This document shows positions 58,566 to 64,000 of a stretch of 64,000 nt of DNA, in pieces. Source of the stretch: Calcarisporiella thermophila CBS 279.70 (taxonomy: Eukaryota > Fungi > Calcarisporiellomycota). Numbering within the stretch: the first letter of the stretch is position 1; each line of letters starts with the position of its first letter. The DNA lies in the NCBI RefSeq assembly GCF_041956535.1, contig NW_027192193.1, forward strand, positions 1,107,192 through 1,171,191. The letters run 5' to 3'. A model generated the notes under the pieces. It was not told where the DNA came from and made no database searches. It saw only the letters and a list, made by a program, of their open reading frames with translations. A program made the translations under genes and the position numbers.

Positions 58566-61500
58566 ATGCGATTTACTCAGTCCCTTTCAAAAAGAATAGA
58601 CCATCTCTCGCTGCTTTTTTACAATTATGGAAAAACATGTGCATCACACCAAGCCCTCATCGTCGTCAGCTCTGTTGTTGTCATTGTGCTCATGTTTTGG
58701 CCAGCCATAACTACCTACTGGTTTGATACAACTAGTGGAGCAGCATATCTATGGCCGTTTCCTACATGGCAGGTCACTGGGCGCCCATCAGACACCCATC
58801 TAGACAATTATTCAAAACTTTTGCGGGTGGAGCAGTTGGTGCTTAAAGTACATGAAGATATGACGCCCAAGGAGATTATGCTAGAAACATGGCAGATATA
58901 TGATGCTTTAAGCCATATTCGAATATATGATGAGGACGATGAACTGTCGTTGGAATCCATTTGTTATCGCACCCCTTCGCAACAGTGTCTAGTGCTTTCG
59001 CCCCTTGCTTATTGGAACTATGACCCGGATCGAATACAATCGGATACGAACGTCATGGAAACCTTGAGCTCAGCTCTGGAAAACTGTCAGGACGAGAAGT
59101 CTGATATGTCTTGTTTTCCCCTGTGGTACGTGTTGGGAGGGATCTCCGAGGGAGCGACAAAAATACCCCCAAGAATAGAGGATGTCAGAATGAGCTTCTT
59201 CTTGAACGGAACATATCCTCAAGTAGACGAGATCTGGAATGATATATTAGAGCAAGTCGGGGAGTTTAATATGAGTATTAGGCTGCCAGAAAGAATACTG
59301 GAAGAAGATGACATTAGCTATTTTTGGTTTACCAAGGTGAATATTATGTTTGCACGATTCATTATCTCGATATTTTATCGTCTGATATCCAGTTTGCTCA
59401 CTGACTTATGCACTTTTCAGATAAAACTGCCTAGTCGCATGTCTTTCGACTTTGCCGTATTGATTTTTAGCTATGGAGCAGTTTTTTCCTATACCTCACG
59501 AGCACTCGGAGCACGTGCCCATCTCGTCAAATCTAAGCTCGGACTTGGGTGCATGGCGGTAGCTGTAATTTTTGCGGCTTCTATTATTGCTATCTCCATC
59601 TGTTCTATGGTGGGAATTCGTCTCATTTATGTGCCATGGTAAACACTTTTTTCAACATATAGTCATAGGGTTCCAATTTTAACACTAACTTTATTTTTGT
59701 GTTTAATAGGGAATGTTTCTTGATATTTACAATTGTCGTTGGAGTGGAGAATATGTTTATCCTGACAAATGCAATTGTGGCTACTTCGGTGGATTTGCCA
59801 GTGAAGGAGCGCGTTGGACTTGGTAAGCATTTTTACCTGCACTCTCCATTTTTTTATTTATGGCTCAAACTTATTTTTGCGCACCACTTTACCTTAGGCG
59901 TAAAAAATGTTGGAGTGCCGATCTCAACCACCCTAATATTTGAGCTTATTGTACTCATGCTTGGAGCTATGATCGGGCTACCTAGCGTGCGCGAGTTTTG
60001 CTTTTTGGCCTCTGCAGCGCTGGTTACTGATTTCGCGCTACAAATGACCTTTTTCCTTACTGTCTTATCAGTTGATATACGTCGCCTTGAGCTGTCCGAT
60101 TTGCATGATCGTCGGGTTGCTAAAAATATTCAGGAGGCATCCACCAAGCGCGCTGAGGATGAGCAGACTGAAAGGAACGGTGGATCAGCGGAAATGGAGA
60201 AGCGTCGTGCTTCAGCTGCTGAGCAAGAGAGGCTAATCGGGTTTCGAAATGTGTGGATGGCACGCATGGTGAGCCTGCTAGTGGTATGTTTTTGATTTAA
60301 GGACTCTATGATTTGAGTATTTTTCCATTATTTTTCTTATGTTTTATCTTGGCTTGTAGATTGTTTCTTTGATCATTTTTGTCGCCATCATTCACAGCAT
60401 GTCTAATGGGGAGCCTTCCTCCTCCATTAACCGCTGGATTCAATCTGTCAAGTTGCTAATCAACATTCCGCCACGAAATCGCGAGAAAATCGCAACCCAA
60501 TTTTGGCAGCACATGGGACTGCACCATTCTGACGAGTTGCGAATCCTGGCTGTGCCGCCTCCTGTAGAAGTTTCTTTGCACGATGTGGGGATAGAGTCTA
60601 GGGAGATTGAACTTGCGTTAACGTCCTACGCATGGTTAGCACGGGTATGGCGAATCTATGGTCCCGTAATGATTGCAGGATTCGTGGTCACATTCGTCCT
60701 GTATCGGATTTTTCTTATGAGAAATAAAACGAAGCCGAGCAAACAGAATGGAAAAGCTGGAGAGCCGCGCAAAAGGTCGAACAAATGGTTTACATGGCCC
60801 ACATCCGGCACTTTAGAGCCAGATACTTTCCATCCATCGGTGCGTGTTATCACTTTAAAGGGGCGACATTTTGCAGATGTTGAGTGTTTGGAGGCAAGTA
60901 GCGATGCTGCAGCGATAGTGTCGTGCGGACTGGATGGACAGATAGTAGCGTGGGATTCTCTGGCTGGAAAATGGATGAGAAGGTTGGATAGAATGGTAGA
61001 AATGGGATGCCCAAGGGGCTGCGGGCGTGCGAACTGGATTGGTTGCGCAAACGAGGTAGTGTCGCGGATTAGCAAGCAAATTTCCCCTTCCAGTTCGCTA
61101 TCTCTCAACTCGGCCTCCTCTTTATTGCGGCAGCATCGACAGCTGGACCGCTCTTCTGTTCGCTGTGCAAAAGTCGATCGCTATGGAAAATGGTTTGCTG
61201 CAGGATTTGATGATGGAGTGATTCGAATCTGGGGTCTGCGTACTGGTGTTCTCTTTCGCGAACTGAATACCTCTGTACTGGAGGGAGCTGATAGCGACCG
61301 CCGAGTCACATTCATGTCCTTTGCTAGCTCGTGGAAATCTGCGACTTCCTCATCGGGGCGAACTCTTTGGCCAATGAATCATCTCATCTGTGCGGATCGA
61401 GCAGGGTGGATCCGGGAATGGGACCTGAATACTGGCGAATGTGTCTACGAAGAAAGAAGAGAAGGGGGTGTCAATGCGCTGTGTGTAGTGGAGCAGACCT

Positions 61501-63053
61501 CCTCGCTACGCTTACGCAGTTGGGTCCTGATTGGAGGAAAAGAAGGAACGCTCACGTGCTGGGAACGAACTTACTCCTCGGATGAACCTTTCTCAGAGAA
61601 CAAATCCGCCTGGAAAGAGCTCTACTCGATACCCTCCATTAGCACAGTCCCGATCACTTGCTTGAGCGGGATCGCTCCTACTTCAAACTGTGGTGAAGCA
61701 TTTGGTGGGCTAGGAATGACCTTGGGATTGGTGGTGATAGGCACCATGGACGGCTCGGTGCGAGCGATGCATCTTGAAAGTGGAGAAACGCTCTCAGTGC
61801 TGAGTCAAGGTGGCGTGCGGAAGCCAAAATGCGCGGATTTATTTCCGGCGTTTTATGGGCACTCGACCACCGTCTCTGGGAAGACTCCAGAGTCAGAGGC
61901 TAACAGGGAAGCAGGTTCGGCTGAGAGTGGCAAAGGAGATGTAAAAGACGAAAATCCCATTGAGGATCGAAGGGGACATCGAGGTGCCATTACCGAGATC
62001 GTCATCACGCGATTCACTCCCTACCATAGCAAGCAAAAATACCCATCACGGCAAAATACTCACGGCAATGATGAGAGCGGTGGATCCCATTGGCTCGTTG
62101 CATCAAGCTCCATGGATGAAACCGTAAGAATATGGCGCATCCAAAGTACCGAGGATGATGAGCGCGCGGGAAATCGTGATTTCCAGCGAAGACAATATCA
62201 GCGCCGTCGAAAAGCGAGCGCTGCAGCCTCTAATTTCCCAAGTGAGATTGGCATGAGCACAGCAGTTTCAGCATCCATTGCTTCTACAACGACCTCTTCT
62301 GTGACCGACCCTCCGCCAAAATCGACCCCACCCGCATCGCCAGCTTCTAGTTCTATTGCAAATAAAAATGGAGCATGCACAGTGCCTCAACGCTTAAAAT
62401 TGGATGTGGTTTTTTTAGGAGTAGTTGAGCAGCACGGTGCACGATCCATTGCTCTATGCCAAAATGCTTCGATGTTGTGTGGAGCAAGGCGGACGAAGCA
62501 GGGAGTCGTCCAGAAAGGGGTGCCATTTTTCGAGTGGGAATTCTGGATGGTTGACTTTCGGCTCCCAGATATTCACGTGCATGTCATTCCTATTACCGGC
62601 TCGGAGGATAAGCTCTATCATTCTCGTGCGGGGATTCAGCGAGGGCCAAAGGTTTTGTGGCGCTGGAGGTCGATATGGCCATTTCCGTCACGGGAGAGAC
62701 ACCAAGCAAAAAAGGGTAGTAGGTACACGAATGCTTCGATACGTGCACACAAGCGAATGCGCACCATTACCCCTCCTTTGCCATCGCCTACCTCCACCCC
62801 TACAACAATGGCTCCGTTTTCCTTGCTGAGTATCCCTACCTCATCATGGATAAGCACCGAAGACTTGGATGCAAAGCATATGCTACCTTTCTCCTTCGTT
62901 CGGCGCGTAGTGTCTGTGGGCCACAACGGCATTGCATTTGATTTTGGCAATTTTGTGAAGGTAGTGTGGATTGGTCAATTGGGCGAAGGTGAAAGACTGG
63001 GAAGAAAAGTGCATGGATCGGCAGAAGTGGGATGCCGATATTGCTTCGTTTGA
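58566..63053 (+). CDS. SCAP: SREBP cleavage-activating protein (sterol-sensing domain + WD40)
   Basis: FYNYGKTCASH, VGVENMFILTNAI, EFC..A..ALVTDFALQMTFF..VLSVDIRRLELSDL (MELADL-equivalent), then WD repeats. Confidence 0.9.
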
Positions 63054-63387
63054 GGCGAATTTCCCAACTTTTGTCCACAATTTTCGAGTGTGTTTGTTAT
63101 ATTACCTGTTTTTTGAAATTTTTGATATTTTTTCCCCCCTCTGTTCCCTTTGTGGGATTCAAATTGCATGTAAATAAACTGTGTTCTTTGTCTTTTTCCC
63201 CACCAAAAATCAACCCATTTTAGATCGCTGTTCTAAGATTTGAGCTCTAAGAACTCGATCGCCAAGGCAGGTTGTGACTGTCTTCACAAGCTTTATGATC
63301 GTATTGCCAAATTTGTTGAAAAATCCTGGCGAAAACCCTTTAAGTTACCACCTGACATTGGTTCTCTGCAAAGTAGTAATAGAAAAG

Positions 63388-64000
63388 ATGTCTGAGGGCA
63401 CCTCTAAAAATCAAACCGGAGCTCAGGGGAATCTTTTTGAGCCTATGCCCCTTGAGCTCCTCATCCATATCCTCTGCTTCCTCTCTCCTGCCGACATTGC
63501 AGTTGTTGCGAGCACTTGCAAGATTCTTCGGGAAGTAGTGCGCATGGATCTGTTGTGGCATGAGATGATTCTACGGAGATTTGGCCAGGCTGCATTGCCA
63601 GACAAAAACGATCTAGAGAGCAAGAGTTGTCTGGAAATATTTAAAGAGAAATGTAATTTGGGCAAGGATTTGCATTTGTGTTTTGTAAAATGCATTCTAA
63701 CTTTTATTTTCGATAGCAAAACTAGAATTGTCAATAGCAGAACATTTTACAATAGCTCATCTGGATGGATACTACTGGCGAATCGTTGACGAATCTGACA
63801 GTAATTATAACAAGGTTGCTCAGTTGAACACCGTGTGCTGGCTTGATGTAAAACTTTTTCGAAGCATTGGTTAGATGCCACAGGAGACTGAAATACAATC
63901 CCTTATTTAGGTGCAAGGCTGTATGAAACGAGTTCCTCCAGGAAAATACGAAATTATCTGGCGGATGCGAGTGCACAGCATATTTTCAATTGTCGAAGAT
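63388..64000 (+). CDS. F-box protein with PP2-like C-terminal domain (runs off the window)
   Basis: MPLELLIHILCFLSP..I..VASTCK F-box; spliced YYWR...VAQLNTVCWLD|VQG...VPPGKYEIIWR. Confidence 0.75.

Overview
Gene-dense, intron-rich eukaryotic DNA, most consistent with an early-diverging fungus (Mucoromycota/Zoopagomycota-like; inferred from protein families and short, mostly 50-100 nt GT-AG introns). About 24 spliced protein-coding genes were reconstructed by hand: epsin 3' end, acylphosphatase, SET protein, caleosin-like protein, Crz1-type C2H2 factor, MARVEL-like membrane protein, neurobeachin-like BEACH protein, threonine aldolase, GH81 glucanase, DUF1752 protein, DCN1-like, RPN1, two paralogous amino-acid transporters, PET117, SIL1, U2A'/LEA1, a ubiquitin-like+PH protein, S10 carboxypeptidase, gamma-COP, MLH3, SCAP and an F-box protein. 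There is also one full-length but decayed DD34E Tc1 element. The most unusual signal is the first intron of the U2A' gene: 229 nt, with a perfect minor-spliceosome donor (GTATCCTTT), predicted folding along almost its whole length, and cryptic splice sites buried in the stems. This is a candidate RNA-structure splicing switch on a core spliceosome gene. A second highlight is a threonine aldolase whose promoter and protein termini suggest switchable organelle targeting. All assignments come from motif recognition by eye; no searches or folding programs were run.
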